Origin: an uncultured Flavobacteriales bacterium
Lineage (GTDB): Bacteria; Bacteroidota; Bacteroidia; Flavobacteriales_D; Sanyastnellaceae
Reading direction: 5' to 3'
NCBI GenBank assembly: GCA_943788645.1
Contig: CALSRC010000013.1
Coordinates: 15,060-79,059 of the forward strand
DNA: 64,000 bases
The notes under the pieces were generated by a model. That model saw only the letters and a program-made list of their open reading frames with translations, was not told where the DNA came from and made no database searches. Of this stretch, positions 29,820 to 40,668 are shown piece after piece; positions within the stretch are counted from its first letter, which is position 1; every line of letters begins with the position of its first letter. Both the position numbers and the translations under genes were made by a program.

Positions 29820-31115
29820 ATGAAGGTTACAACACCGCAGAGCTCTGCACAGGCCATGGAGATGGAAAATGATCATGGCGCTCACAATTACCATCCCTTA
29901 CCCGTTGTTTTGGACAGCGGAAAAGGCGTGCACGTTTGGGACATTGAAGGGAATCAGTATTTTGATTTTCTCAGCGCTTATTCGGCTGTAAACCAAGGGC
30001 ATTGTCATCCCCGCATTGTCGGAGCCATGAAACAGCAGGCGGAAAAACTGACCTTGACATCGCGGGCCTTCTTCAATAGCAATCTTGGCAAGTACGAAGC
30101 GTTCATCACTTCGTACTTTGGTTACGATAAAGTGCTGCCGATGAATACGGGGGCCGAGGCGGTAGAAACGGCCATTAAAATTGCCCGCAAGTGGGCCTAT
30201 GACGTCAAGGGAGTTCCTCCAGGATTGGCCAAAATCATCACATGTGAGGGCAACTTTCACGGACGGACAACCACCATCGTCAGTTTCAGTACGGATACCG
30301 ATTCAACGGGAGGATTTGGTCCATTTACTCCCGGATTTGAGGTCATTCCGTACGATGATACGGAGGCGCTGGAGGTGGCATTAAAAGATCCCAACGTTGC
30401 CGGTTTTTTGGTCGAACCCATCCAAGGCGAAGCCGGTGTTTACACCCCGTCTGATGATTACGTCCAAAAAGCCCAGGCGCTGTGTGAAAAGGCGGGGGTG
30501 CTCTTCATCGCCGATGAAGTCCAAACAGGCATTGCGCGAACAGGCTCGCTGCTCGCGACTTGCGGAAATTGCTCCTGCGCTGGCCATTGTGAACGCCAAT
30601 CGACCTATGCGAAGGCTGATGTCTTAATCTTAGGGAAAGCACTATCAGGCGGGGCCTACCCGGTCAGTGCCGTTCTCGCAGACAACGAAATCATGGGAGT
30701 CATTCACCCGGGCCAACACGGCTCCACATTTGGTGGAAATCCTGTTGCGGCGGAGGTGGGCATTGCTGCATTGCAAGTCGTTGTGGACGAAAAATTATCA
30801 CAGAATGCCCGCCAATTGGGGGACCAATTTCGCCAAGCCATGCGGGAGCTCATCGCTGAATCCGATCTGTTGACACATGTCAGAGGCAAGGGCATGTTAA
30901 ATGCTGTCGTCATCAACGACTCTCCAGAAAGCTCCACGGCATGGGATTTGTGCGTCGCCCTCAAAAACAACGGATTACTTGCCAAGCCCACGCACGGCAA
31001 TATCATCCGGTTCGCTCCCCCGTTGGTCATGACAGAAGATGAGCTCGAGGCTTGCATCCAGATTATCCGAAAAACAGTTTTGGAATTTACAAAGGACGCC
31101 AATCAGCAGGCCTAA
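29820..31115 (+). CDS. rocD: ornithine--oxo-acid aminotransferase
   Basis: 'GAHNYHPLPVV', 'SAYSAVNQGHCHP' and the PLP-lysine region 'ILGKALSGG'. Start chosen at 'MKVTTPQ...' (29820). Confidence 0.85.
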   Translation: MKVTTPQSSAQAMEMENDHGAHNYHPLPVVLDSGKGVHVWDIEGNQYFDFLSAYSAVNQGHCHPRIVGAMKQQAEKLTLTSRAFFNSNLGKYEAFITSYFGYDKVLPMNTGAEAVETAIKIARKWAYDVKGVPPGLAKIITCEGNFHGRTTTIVSFSTDTDSTGGFGPFTPGFEVIPYDDTEALEVALKDPNVAGFLVEPIQGEAGVYTPSDDYVQKAQALCEKAGVLFIADEVQTGIARTGSLLATCGNCSCAGHCERQSTYAKADVLILGKALSGGAYPVSAVLADNEIMGVIHPGQHGSTFGGNPVAAEVGIAALQVVVDEKLSQNARQLGDQFRQAMRELIAESDLLTHVRGKGMLNAVVINDSPESSTAWDLCVALKNNGLLAKPTHGNIIRFAPPLVMTEDELEACIQIIRKTVLEFTKDANQQA

Positions 31116-32101
31116 AGCCAACCGTGGCTCTTCATCCAGTCGTCGTTATACACCTTGCCGACATACCGCGAACCGTGGTCGTGGAACAAGCAGACGACCA
31201 GATCTGTCGGTTTCAAGCGATCCTTCAGTTGACGCAGACCTTGGAACGTACTCCCGCAGCTGTACCCTAAAAACAACCCCTCCGTCCGCGCCATTTCCCG
31301 AGCGGTCAAGGCACCGTCCTTATCGGTCACCTTTTCGAAGTGGTCAATCACATCAAAATTCACGTTGACGGGCAGGATGTCCTCCCCTACGCCTTCCGTG
31401 ATGTAAGGATAAATTTCGTTTTCATCGAACTCTCCAGTCTCGTGGTATTTCTTCAAAACACTGCCGTATGAGTCAATGCCCCAGATTTGAACGTCTGGAT
31501 TCTGTTCCTTCAAGAATCGCCCCGTTCCGCTGATGGTTCCTCCGGTTCCTACCCCTACGACAAAATGCGTTACTCGACCTTCCGTTTGGTTCCAGACCTC
31601 TGGACCTGTAGAAGCATAATGGGCTTCTTGATTTGAGAGGTTGTCGTATTGGTTGCACCAGAAACTGTTCTCCGTTTCCGCTTGGCATCGCTTTGCAACA
31701 CTGTAATAACTATCGGGGTGATCCGCCTCGACATTCGTTGGACAAACATGGACTTCAGCGCCCATCGCACGAAGAATATCGATTTTTTCTTTGGACTGCT
31801 TATCGCTCATCGTACAGATGAGCCGATATCCTTTTACAGCACATGCCAATGCCAGCCCCATTCCTGTATTGCCACTTGTGCACTCAATGATGGTACCCCC
31901 GGGCTTGAGCGAACCATTGGCCTCTGCATCCTCGATCATGCGCAACGCCATCCGATCCTTGACACTGTGACCCGGATTGAAGTACTCAACCTTTGCATAC
32001 ACAGGGCATGGAAAGTTTTCTGCTATTTTTTGCAGTTGAATCATCGGCGTGTTGCCAATGGTCGAAAGAATGTTCTTGTGGACGTTTCGTTGGGATTGCA
32101 T
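31112..32101 (-). CDS. PLP-dependent cysteine synthase / cystathionine beta-synthase family enzyme (no CBS domains)
   Basis: 'NPGHSVKDRMA' holds the PLP-binding Lys and 'GTGGTISG' is also present. 329 aa. Confidence 0.8.
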   Translation of the reverse strand: MQSQRNVHKNILSTIGNTPMIQLQKIAENFPCPVYAKVEYFNPGHSVKDRMALRMIEDAEANGSLKPGGTIIECTSGNTGMGLALACAVKGYRLICTMSDKQSKEKIDILRAMGAEVHVCPTNVEADHPDSYYSVAKRCQAETENSFWCNQYDNLSNQEAHYASTGPEVWNQTEGRVTHFVVGVGTGGTISGTGRFLKEQNPDVQIWGIDSYGSVLKKYHETGEFDENEIYPYITEGVGEDILPVNVNFDVIDHFEKVTDKDGALTAREMARTEGLFLGYSCGSTFQGLRQLKDRLKPTDLVVCLFHDHGSRYVGKVYNDDWMKSHGWL

Positions 32102-32179
32102 CGGAGGTCAAAGGTAGGTAGCAGAAACTTTCTAGAAATGAAAAAACTTCAGAATTGCCCCCTTTTGTTGGGTTTGGGG

Positions 32180-33682
32180 TTATCGATTAATGCGAAGCGC
32201 CTCCGCCGGATGAATGCGCGTGGATGCCAAGCTCGGCAACCACATCATCAAAGCACATGCCCCAAAAGCCAGAGCCTCGACCGCCAATAGATAGTTCCAA
32301 TCCAAATGCACCGGTACCACATCCAAGTAATACGCTTCAGGGTTCAGCGTCACGATACCTGTTTGAGATTGGAGGACCACCAGCAAAAAACCTGCGGCAT
32401 TGCCCCACAGAAATCCCCGCCCCAAAATCCGCACCGATTGCCAAAAGAAAATGCGCATCACATGTCCATCGGTCATGCCGAGTGCCTTGAGCATACCGAC
32501 CATTGGGCGTCTTTCAAGAATGAGAATGAGCAGCGCGGATGTCATGTTGATAATCGAAATTAGCACCATCAAGCCGATGATGATTTCCACATTGAGGTCC
32601 AACATTCCCAACCACGTGAACATTTCAGGGGCTTGTTGCAGCACCGTCTCTGTGCGCCAGCCCAGCGGCAACTCAGCGTAGACTGCCTCTTCAGCCTCCC
32701 CCAATGCTGTTTTCGGACCAATGAAGACTTCCAGCCCACTCGCTGCGGCTTGCCAACCTGCCCCCATCCTTTCCCACTTCCATTTTCCTGCCGCATCTCT
32801 GAACAAAAGCACCGAATCAGGATGCATCCGCGATCCTGACTTTCGGCTCGATGCAGTCACAACGTAGGCATCTTGCGTGAGTTCATTCCATGTCACCTCA
32901 TTCCCTACTAAACCGCTTACCGCACGCCAAACATCCCCGTCTTCTCTGTCACGTTGCAGCCAATCAATGCGAGGTGGCGTCGTTCCGCCAAACCCTCGAG
33001 CTTCAACACCGACCGAATCCAAGACCAATTGAATATCAAATCCCCATCCCGAAGACTGCTGAATTAACGACGCAGGCAAAAACATAAATTCCTGGTCGTA
33101 TTCCAATAACCCTGTTTTATAAATCCCTGCTAAAACCAAGTTCCGAGCACGGACCCCCGATGGACCACCAACCAGATAAACTGTAAATCGATCGAGCAAT
33201 TCCAGACCCAAACGTTTGGCTTGTTCATCTGATAAAACCGCCTCTCCTTCCGACAATTCCGCATGACCGTCAATCAGAAACCGACCCAAGAGCCGATCTG
33301 ATGTCTCTGCATTGACCCCTTTAGCCACCGCCCCTTTGACTCCATCACGAGATTCCAAAATGGCCGGCATGGTATAAAAAGGATGAACCGCATCCACCGA
33401 AGGCAGGGCAACAATAGCCTCTTCGGTCTTTGGACTTCGTATGATCTTTTGTTCATCATAATCGGCATTGAGCACTTGCATATCTGCTCCAAAGCCCACA
33501 ACCAATTCCTTGACCTCTTCCTGAAAACCGTGCACAATGGATGTGGCCAATACGATGAGCGCCATGCCAACGGCCACACCGATGGTCGCTATCTGCACCA
33601 CCGGGCGTGACCAAGAAGCGGATGCACCACTTTGCGACAAGCGCCGTGCAATTTTTTGGGGAAGAGCGAATCGGTTGAACAT
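32180..33682 (-). CDS. FtsX-family ABC transporter permease (LolC/E-like)
   Basis: N-terminal TM 'VVQIATIGVAVGMALIVLA', a large extracytoplasmic domain and three C-terminal FtsX TM helices. Start moved to 'MFNRFALPQK'. Confidence 0.75.
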   Translation of the reverse strand: MFNRFALPQKIARRLSQSGASASWSRPVVQIATIGVAVGMALIVLATSIVHGFQEEVKELVVGFGADMQVLNADYDEQKIIRSPKTEEAIVALPSVDAVHPFYTMPAILESRDGVKGAVAKGVNAETSDRLLGRFLIDGHAELSEGEAVLSDEQAKRLGLELLDRFTVYLVGGPSGVRARNLVLAGIYKTGLLEYDQEFMFLPASLIQQSSGWGFDIQLVLDSVGVEARGFGGTTPPRIDWLQRDREDGDVWRAVSGLVGNEVTWNELTQDAYVVTASSRKSGSRMHPDSVLLFRDAAGKWKWERMGAGWQAAASGLEVFIGPKTALGEAEEAVYAELPLGWRTETVLQQAPEMFTWLGMLDLNVEIIIGLMVLISIINMTSALLILILERRPMVGMLKALGMTDGHVMRIFFWQSVRILGRGFLWGNAAGFLLVVLQSQTGIVTLNPEAYYLDVVPVHLDWNYLLAVEALAFGACALMMWLPSLASTRIHPAEALRINR

Positions 33683-33720
33683 CGTTTCGAGTTGGCAAAT
33701 TACGTTGGTACATTCGTCCC

Positions 33721-35115
33721 ATGAAGCTTTTGGCTCAATTATCCTGTTTTGGCCTTGTTTTGATGATTTGGATGCCCGCGAAAAGCCGGGTGCACATCCC
33801 GATCTCACCCGTGCAGTGCATCACCATGGACACCTTGAATCCGGAGACCTGGTCAGTGGATTCCACTTATGGCGCACTGCATGTTCAGCACCGCACCAAG
33901 CCACCGATGCGCATTCAATTGGGCAACGAAGACATCCGAGCTATCTATGAAGGATGCAGTCGAGCCGGTGTGGCCGTTGTCGCCAATCAGACCTCGGTCA
34001 TTCATGGTGCAGACACGACGCAAAACACGCACCTGGTGGATTCCCTTCTGACCCTTGGCATTGATGTTCGAAAGGTGTTTGCCCCAGAGCATGGTTTTCG
34101 CGGCAATGCGCACAATGGGGCCCACATTGCAGACAACGTAGATCCGGTCACGGGACTCCCCATCTTGAGCCTTCACGGAAAGCATAAAAAACCCAGTGCG
34201 GAAAGCTTAAGCGATGTGCGGATCATCATCTTCGATATCCAAGACGTCGGAGCGCGTTTTTACACTTACCTAAGCACTTTATTCCTGGTGATGGAGGCAG
34301 CGGCTGAAAATGGAAAAGTGGTGGTCGTTCTGGACAGGCCCAATCCGCACGGTCACCAAATCGCTGGCCCTGTGATCCAATCTGAACTCATTTCATTCAT
34401 TGGACAAATTCCAGTGCCGGTGCTACACGGCATGACCTTGGGCGAGATGGCGCAGATGATCAACGGTGAAGGGTGGCTTACAAACGGTACTTCATGTGAC
34501 CTGGTGGTGATTCCGTGCAAGGGATACGCCCACAGCGATGCATGGTATCCCCCCATCGCACCAAGTCCCAATTTACCCACGCCCGAATCCATTGCTTTAT
34601 ATCCTTCCTTGTGCCCATTTGAACCCACGGTTGTTAGTGTGGGGCGGGGAACTTCCACGCCGTTCGAGGTCATTGGAATGCCGTCGGGTTCTTTGGGATC
34701 CTTCGTCTTTACCCCTCAACCCGTGGTCGGAGCATCTCCCAACCCCAAACACAAAGGAACCCCTTGCTATGGCCAAAACCTGCGGGAGCTTGGCGAAGAA
34801 TGGACGCGAACAAATGTGGGGTTCGATTGGTCAATGGTTGCGGATTATGGGGACCAGTGGAGGGTTTCGCAGCAGTTACAGGCCGAGCGATTCCTCGAAG
34901 AACAGACCGGAAACTCTTCCAAAGATCCCTTTGTCAAATCCCCCTCTTTTTTTGACAAACTGGTGGGCAATGACGGACTAAGGGCGGTCATCAATGGTCA
35001 GCTTTCTTATGACGAATACGTCGCAGGTTGGTTGGTGGAATTGCGTGAATTCGATCAAAGAAGAACGCCTTATTTATTGTATCCCGTGCAACGAAAGGGG
35101 CAAGATGGAGGTTGA
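33721..35115 (+). CDS. DUF1343 family protein (NamZ-like exo-beta-N-acetylmuramidase family)
   Basis: Signal peptide, then 'VANQTS' and 'FAPEHGFRG', which are typical of DUF1343. Confidence 0.75.
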   Translation: MKLLAQLSCFGLVLMIWMPAKSRVHIPISPVQCITMDTLNPETWSVDSTYGALHVQHRTKPPMRIQLGNEDIRAIYEGCSRAGVAVVANQTSVIHGADTTQNTHLVDSLLTLGIDVRKVFAPEHGFRGNAHNGAHIADNVDPVTGLPILSLHGKHKKPSAESLSDVRIIIFDIQDVGARFYTYLSTLFLVMEAAAENGKVVVVLDRPNPHGHQIAGPVIQSELISFIGQIPVPVLHGMTLGEMAQMINGEGWLTNGTSCDLVVIPCKGYAHSDAWYPPIAPSPNLPTPESIALYPSLCPFEPTVVSVGRGTSTPFEVIGMPSGSLGSFVFTPQPVVGASPNPKHKGTPCYGQNLRELGEEWTRTNVGFDWSMVADYGDQWRVSQQLQAERFLEEQTGNSSKDPFVKSPSFFDKLVGNDGLRAVINGQLSYDEYVAGWLVELREFDQRRTPYLLYPVQRKGQDGG

Positions 35116-35159
35116 TAGTTCGCGCATCAGTATCTTGCGCACTCCATATGCACACAAAA

Positions 35160-35699
35160 ATGAAGTTTGAACACGCACTCATAGTTTTTGGCAGCCTCTT
35201 TTTCCTCGCTATTGCAACCTCTGGTTGCTACAAGGGATCGGACTTTGACAACCCCGTTTATTCATGCGAGTGTGGTTCGGTGACTTTTCAAAGCACGGAA
35301 TATCCCTTGAAAATGGCCGAAGTAGTGGTGCCGGATAGCCTGGAGCCACTTTCACGCAGTTACCATATCGTCGCAGACCTGCGCAGTGCTGAAGAGGTGG
35401 ATGCTCACGTTCCTGCCCATGATTTAACGTTTCACTTCTCTTTCCCTGTGCTCGATGATGTTGTCTACTACGTGCAACAGGAAGACATACAGCATCTCGT
35501 TCAAATCATCGATCAAGGTGATGACTTGATTCCCTATCGAAACTATCAAGCCACGGATGGGTCAATCGTCATCAATCCCGCTTATTCTGCAGGAGTTGAG
35601 GTTGTGGAATTCAATCTAACGCTCCGTGAGCAAGTTGACAGCATACTGGTCGGATTGCCGTTGGTGTTCTCGGGAACGTTCTCCGGCAACGTTGAGTGA
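35160..35699 (+). CDS. hypothetical lipoprotein
   Basis: 'MKFEHALIVFGSLFFLAIATSGC' is a signal peptide with a lipobox. No family recognised. Confidence 0.55.
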   Translation: MKFEHALIVFGSLFFLAIATSGCYKGSDFDNPVYSCECGSVTFQSTEYPLKMAEVVVPDSLEPLSRSYHIVADLRSAEEVDAHVPAHDLTFHFSFPVLDDVVYYVQQEDIQHLVQIIDQGDDLIPYRNYQATDGSIVINPAYSAGVEVVEFNLTLREQVDSILVGLPLVFSGTFSGNVE

Positions 35700-35733
35700 G
35701 AATGCGCTTGGCGACAACACCCCGATGGGCTAA

Positions 35734-36423
35734 TTAGTCCAACGGCGCTTCTACAACATCCTTTCCTGTCGTCACCCAACACAAATCTTCTTTAGACGGT
35801 ACAACGGAGACGGACCCCGTGAAGGTCCCAAAGGCGGGAACGACCAATACGCCACGTTTACGCTGATACCACCAACAGGGCAACTTCAAAGATTGACGGC
35901 CTTTTCCGCGCATGGACACAGCGGGATGCAAATGTCCAGCAACGCCTACCATTCCCTCTTCCAACCCTACGAATTCACTTGGGTCATGTGCAAAGACAAA
36001 TGCACCCTCAGTCCATGATTCGCTTCGCACCATCGGCAATCCTTCAAATGCTGACGACGGAAGGATGTCGTGATTCCCTTCGACAAGCCGAAACGACTGC
36101 ACTACACCGTCTGCGTGCAAATCTATCAACCACGTTCTGAACTCCTGCCATTCCTCGTTCTCATCGCTGTGAAACAAATCTCCTAGCACCAAGATTTGGC
36201 GTGGTTGAAATCTCGAGATGAGCTCATCAAGTCGCTGAAGGGTATCGGCATTTACCGCATTGGGAACTGCGATGCCGTGCTTTCGAAAATGCCCTGCTTT
36301 GCCCAAATGCAAATCAGATACAACGAGCATTGAACGTTGAGGCCACCAAATGGCACGCTCAGGCAACAATGTCCAGTCTGCAAAAGCCACAGGGTTCAGC
36401 CTCACATTTTGAGAGGCCCCCAT
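35734..36423 (-). CDS. pdeM: metallophosphoesterase resembling the ligase-associated DNA damage response endonuclease PdeM
   Basis: Metallophosphoesterase motifs 'VVSDLHLGK', 'LVLGDLFHS' and 'VEGNHD'. The roughly 230-aa size and N-terminal pattern resemble PdeM. Confidence 0.6.
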   Translation of the reverse strand: MGASQNVRLNPVAFADWTLLPERAIWWPQRSMLVVSDLHLGKAGHFRKHGIAVPNAVNADTLQRLDELISRFQPRQILVLGDLFHSDENEEWQEFRTWLIDLHADGVVQSFRLVEGNHDILPSSAFEGLPMVRSESWTEGAFVFAHDPSEFVGLEEGMVGVAGHLHPAVSMRGKGRQSLKLPCWWYQRKRGVLVVPAFGTFTGSVSVVPSKEDLCWVTTGKDVVEAPLD

Positions 36424-36427
36424 TCTA

Positions 36428-38689
36428 TTATTGCTGCTGCTTAATCAAGTTCAACGCAGAACCCGCCCGGAACCACTCAATCTGTTGGTCATTGTAAGTG
36501 TGGTTCGTGAGAATCGTATCCTTCGAACCATCGGCGTGCTCGACCTCAATCGTCAACGGCTTGCCCGGTGCAAACGATTCCAAGTCCACAAAATGAAAGC
36601 GATCATCCTCTTGGATCAAGTCAAAATCAGCTTCATTGGCGAAGGTGAGCCCGAGCATCCCTTGTTTTTTGAGATTGGTCTCATGAATGCGTGCGAAGGA
36701 CTTCACAAGCACAGCCGCCACCCCCAAAAAGCGAGGTTGCATCGCAGCGTGCTCGCGAGAGCTGCCTTCCCCGTAATTCGAATCCCCCACAACCATCGTA
36801 GAAATACCCGCAGCTTTGTATGCGCGCTGCACGGCAGGCACCTCCCCATATTCTCCGGTGAGTTGGTTCTTCACGCTATTCGACTCTCCATTGAAGGCAT
36901 TGTTCGCACCCGTCAAGGTATTGTTCGAAATGTTGTCCAAATGTCCACGATAGCGAAGCCAAGGACCGGCCATGGAAATGTGATCCGTTGTGCATTTACC
37001 TGCCGCCTTGATGAGGAGGCGCACATCGTGGAGGTTTTCACCATTCCAAGCCGTGAAAGGCTCAAGCAGTTGTAAACGTTCCGAATCAGGGTTCACCACC
37101 ACTTGCACGCCGCTTCCATCTTGTGCTGGCGCGAGATATCCTGCATCTTCGACATCAAATCCTTTTTCTGGCAACTCATCTCCAGAAGGTTCTGTCAGCA
37201 TGACTTCCGTGCCGTCCTCCAGCTTCAGGGGATCCTTCAGGGGGTTGAAGGTCAAATCACCTGCAATGGCAAGGGCCGTGACAAGTTCAGGTGAGCCGAC
37301 AAACGCATGGGTGTTGGGGTTGCCATCTGCCCGTTTCGAGAAGTTGCGATTGAATGAATGCACAATGGAATTCTTCTCCTTCTTCTCGGCGCCTGATCTC
37401 GCCCATTGGCCAATGCAAGGTCCGCACGCATTGGCAAATACACTGCCTCCCATTTCCTCGAAAATCGAGATGAACCCGTCGCGGTCAATCGTGTATCGGA
37501 CTTGCTCCGAACCGGGCGTAATGGTCAAATGGGCCTTCGCTTTGATGCCTTTCTCGATGGCTTGTTTCGCCACACTGGCCGAACGGCTAATGTCCTCATA
37601 GCTCGAGTTGGTGCACGAACCAATCAATCCGTATTCCAAATCAGTTGGCCAATCGTTGGCTGCAGCCGCTGCTTTCATTTGGCTAATTGGTGTGGCCAAG
37701 TCCGGCGTGAAGGGTCCGTTTAAATGCGGCTCCAAGTCACTCAAGTTGATTTCAATGACTTGATCAAAATACCGCTCTGGGTCCGCATAGACCTCGGGAT
37801 CTCCCGTGAGATGCTCCCGAATTCCATTGGCCAAGTCAGCCACATCCGCTCGGTCCGTAGCCTGGAGATATCGCGCCATGCTATCGTCGTATCCAAAAGT
37901 CGAGGTGGTGGCTCCGATTTCCGCACCCATGTTGCAAATGGTTCCTTTACCGGTGCAGCTCAACGACTCGGCTCCATCACCAAAATATTCCACAATACAT
38001 CCTGTCCCTCCTTTTACCGTTAATACACCTGCCACCTTGAGGATCACATCCTTTGCCGATGACCAGCCAGACAATCGACCCGTGAGCTTGATTCCGATCA
38101 ATTTCGGAAACTTGAGCTCCCACGGCATACCTGCCATCACATCAACAGCGTCAGCACCACCAACACCGATGGCCACCATCCCCAATCCTCCAGCATTCAC
38201 CGTATGAGAATCGGTTCCGATCATCATGCCTCCAGGGAACGCGTAGTTTTCGAGGACCACTTGGTGAATGATTCCGGCACCAGGCTTCCAAAATCCAATG
38301 CCGTATTTGTTTGAGACTGACTCCAAAAAGTTGTAGACCTCGTTGTTCTTATTGATGGCCTCCTGTAAGTCAGATTCAGCCTGCACTTTTGCCTGAATCA
38401 AATGGTCACAATGCACCGTTGATGGAACAGCCGCCTTTACCTTGCCTGCTTGCATGAATTGCAAGAGGGCCATCTGCGCCGTTGCATCCTGCATTGCCAC
38501 GCGGTCTGGAGCAAAATCCACGTAATTCTTGCCACGCTCAAACGCATGAGTCGCATCACCATCCCAGAGATGGCTGTATAAAATTTTCTCTGCCAAGGTC
38601 AATGGCTTTCCAGTCGCTCGGCGTCCTGCCTCAATTTTACCCGGAATCCGCGAATAAAAGTCACGGATCATATCCAAATCAAAAGTCAT
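36428..38689 (-). CDS. aconitate hydratase (about 750-aa, mitochondrial-like type)
   Basis: Fe-S ligand regions '[13 protein letters not shown]', '[12 protein letters not shown]' and '[11 protein letters not shown]'. Start moved to '[12 protein letters not shown]' (38689), because the track's upstream extension overlaps the divergent permease gene. Confidence 0.9.
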   Translation of the reverse strand: MTFDLDMIRDFYSRIPGKIEAGRRATGKPLTLAEKILYSHLWDGDATHAFERGKNYVDFAPDRVAMQDATAQMALLQFMQAGKVKAAVPSTVHCDHLIQAKVQAESDLQEAINKNNEVYNFLESVSNKYGIGFWKPGAGIIHQVVLENYAFPGGMMIGTDSHTVNAGGLGMVAIGVGGADAVDVMAGMPWELKFPKLIGIKLTGRLSGWSSAKDVILKVAGVLTVKGGTGCIVEYFGDGAESLSCTGKGTICNMGAEIGATTSTFGYDDSMARYLQATDRADVADLANGIREHLTGDPEVYADPERYFDQVIEINLSDLEPHLNGPFTPDLATPISQMKAAAAANDWPTDLEYGLIGSCTNSSYEDISRSASVAKQAIEKGIKAKAHLTITPGSEQVRYTIDRDGFISIFEEMGGSVFANACGPCIGQWARSGAEKKEKNSIVHSFNRNFSKRADGNPNTHAFVGSPELVTALAIAGDLTFNPLKDPLKLEDGTEVMLTEPSGDELPEKGFDVEDAGYLAPAQDGSGVQVVVNPDSERLQLLEPFTAWNGENLHDVRLLIKAAGKCTTDHISMAGPWLRYRGHLDNISNNTLTGANNAFNGESNSVKNQLTGEYGEVPAVQRAYKAAGISTMVVGDSNYGEGSSREHAAMQPRFLGVAAVLVKSFARIHETNLKKQGMLGLTFANEADFDLIQEDDRFHFVDLESFAPGKPLTIEVEHADGSKDTILTNHTYNDQQIEWFRAGSALNLIKQQQ

Positions 38690-38711
38690 GCTGTCGTTTT
38701 TCTGTGGACTG

Positions 38712-38719
38712 CAAATGTA
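38712..38719 (-). promoter_or_regulatory. candidate -7 promoter element (TAnnTTTG) upstream of aconitase
   Basis: The minus strand reads TACATTTG, 23 nt upstream of the ATG at 38689. Confidence 0.3.
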
Positions 38720-38738
38720 AGCAGTACTTTCGCAATAC

Positions 38739-39977
38739 ATGAAGCGGGAATTGCTAATTGAAATGGCGCAGATTGCCATTCGCTCAATCCGAGGGAACCT
38801 CCTCCGAACAAGCCTAACCGTTGGTGTTATTGGCTTGGGAATCATGGCATTGATTAGCATGACAACGGCAACGGCATCTTTGGAGGCCAATGTCGTGCGC
38901 CAATTTTCGACGTTGGGCACCGATGTGTTTACATTCTCACAACGCACCGAAACTGGAGTAAATAGAGGGCGCAGGGTGCGTGTAGGCGAGCCTCTGTCAT
39001 ACCGTGAAGCCGAACGATTCGCCGCAGAAGCGCCCAAAGACTTGCAAGTCGCCTATTCCATTTTTGGTTCCGCACAAGCAACCCTAACGCGTGGCACCGA
39101 GCGAACCAACCCCAACATACAGGTTTTGGGAATTGAAGAAAATTACCTCGAAGTGGGCGGGTATAGCATTGAATCAGGGCGGACATTCACAGCAGAAGAG
39201 GCTAAATCTTCCCGTCGGCTAGCCATTCTTGGAGCAGACCTCATCAATGAGCTTTTTAACCCTTGGGAAGACCCGCTTGGTCAGGAGTTTTCAATTGGAG
39301 CGCAGCGTTACCAGGTAATTGGTATCCTCGCCCAAAAAGGCCAAGCATTCGGAATGTCCCAAGACAACCAATGCTATGTCCCGATTCCTTGTGTACGTCA
39401 GCAATTCTCCGACGAAAATCGCAGCTATCGCATCGCTTGCAAAGCGCCGAGGCCTGAGGATGTCATGGAGCTCGCCGAGGCGGCTACAGGCGTCCTTCGT
39501 ATCGTCCGCAAGGACAAACCTGGGCAAGAGCTATCCTTCAATATCTCCATGAGTAACAGCCTTGTTTCTACCTTGGAAGAAGCCATCAGCGGCATCACCA
39601 TCGCTGCATCCATCATTGGTGTGATCACCTTGTTTGGAGCGGGCATTGGTTTGATGAATATCATGCTTGTCAGCGTCTCTGAACGCACGCGTGAAATCGG
39701 CACGCGCAAAGCTCTCGGTGCCTCTCCTCAAGCTATACGGATGCAATTTTTAATAGAGGTCATGCTCATTGGGCAACTTGGTGGCGCAACCGGGATCATT
39801 TTGGGGGTGGCCACTGGAAATGGCATTGCCTTCGCCATGGATACACCCTTTGTTCTTCCATGGGGCTGGATAATTACTGGTGTAGTCCTGAGCCTCATCA
39901 CGAGCCTGATCAGTGGATACTACCCCGCTAGGCAAGCCGCTAGGCTCGACCCCATCGTTGCCTTGGGTCGCGTCTAA
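38739..39977 (+). CDS. MacB-like FtsX-family ABC transporter permease
   Basis: N-terminal TM, a periplasmic domain, and '[15 protein letters not shown]' before the FtsX helices. Confidence 0.8.
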   Translation: MKRELLIEMAQIAIRSIRGNLLRTSLTVGVIGLGIMALISMTTATASLEANVVRQFSTLGTDVFTFSQRTETGVNRGRRVRVGEPLSYREAERFAAEAPKDLQVAYSIFGSAQATLTRGTERTNPNIQVLGIEENYLEVGGYSIESGRTFTAEEAKSSRRLAILGADLINELFNPWEDPLGQEFSIGAQRYQVIGILAQKGQAFGMSQDNQCYVPIPCVRQQFSDENRSYRIACKAPRPEDVMELAEAATGVLRIVRKDKPGQELSFNISMSNSLVSTLEEAISGITIAASIIGVITLFGAGIGLMNIMLVSVSERTREIGTRKALGASPQAIRMQFLIEVMLIGQLGGATGIILGVATGNGIAFAMDTPFVLPWGWIITGVVLSLITSLISGYYPARQAARLDPIVALGRV

Positions 39978-39990
39978 ACCCGAATTAAGC

Positions 39991-40557
39991 TCAGCTAATT
40001 TCCCGCTCCAAAATCTGGGCCATTCGTGCGCGTTCTTGCGCAATCAATTGCTGCGACCATGGCTCTGTGCTTTCAATGGACTCCAGTAATTTTTGCCACT
40101 CCGCCTCGTCTCTTGCAGGTACTTTCGATTCATGGATCACTTCACTCGCAACTTCCAATGAGAGAACAAGAAACTGCTCCATATAGCGGAGTTGAAGGTT
40201 ACTCGCGGTATTTCCAAACCGCACGAGGATATCCGGATCCAACGTGCCAGCCATTGCAGTGCGCAGGCGGCGAATGTTCTCGACATGATTCCGAACCAAA
40301 AGCACGAAATTGGAACCAGAAGGGAGCATAGCAGGTAATTCAACAGGAGCGCCTAAGGGCTGGACATTCAGCACTTGAGCAATGTCACTGAGCTCGACCA
40401 ACCGGTTAATACGTGATCGAAATAATGCAGGAATTACGGGCTGACGCATGAAGTGATCTCGGACCGCAAACACTTCTGCATCCAAACGCTCCATCACGTC
40501 TTCGTGACTTGCCGGTTCGCTCAATCCGAGCAGGGTTAAAGCTGTTCCTTTATTCAT
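39991..40557 (-). CDS. hypothetical protein
   Basis: Coding-like ORF with no family recognised. ATG 40557 ('MNKGTALTLLGL') preferred. Confidence 0.45.
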   Translation of the reverse strand: MNKGTALTLLGLSEPASHEDVMERLDAEVFAVRDHFMRQPVIPALFRSRINRLVELSDIAQVLNVQPLGAPVELPAMLPSGSNFVLLVRNHVENIRRLRTAMAGTLDPDILVRFGNTASNLQLRYMEQFLVLSLEVASEVIHESKVPARDEAEWQKLLESIESTEPWSQQLIAQERARMAQILEREIS

Positions 40558-40668
40558 GTTTTGTGTGCATCGATTCTCACTCTGCAAAAGTGAAGATACG
40601 TCAACAAACGAGATATCCTTCGCATCCTTGCGAATCGCGCATTAAATTTGAGGAAAAGAGAAAATCCG

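Noticed and set aside
31649-32290. 213-aa plus-strand ORF across the cysteine-synthase-family gene
   Set aside because: It is antisense to a gene with clear PLP motifs and resembles no family.
36431-37601. Two plus-strand ORFs of more than 200 aa inside the aconitase gene
   Set aside because: They are antisense to an unmistakable aconitase and their translations are low in complexity.
38690-39037. 116-aa N-terminal extension of the aconitase track ORF
   Set aside because: It is not homologous to aconitase N-termini and overlaps the divergent MacB-like permease gene. The Met at 38689 gives the expected roughly 750-aa protein.
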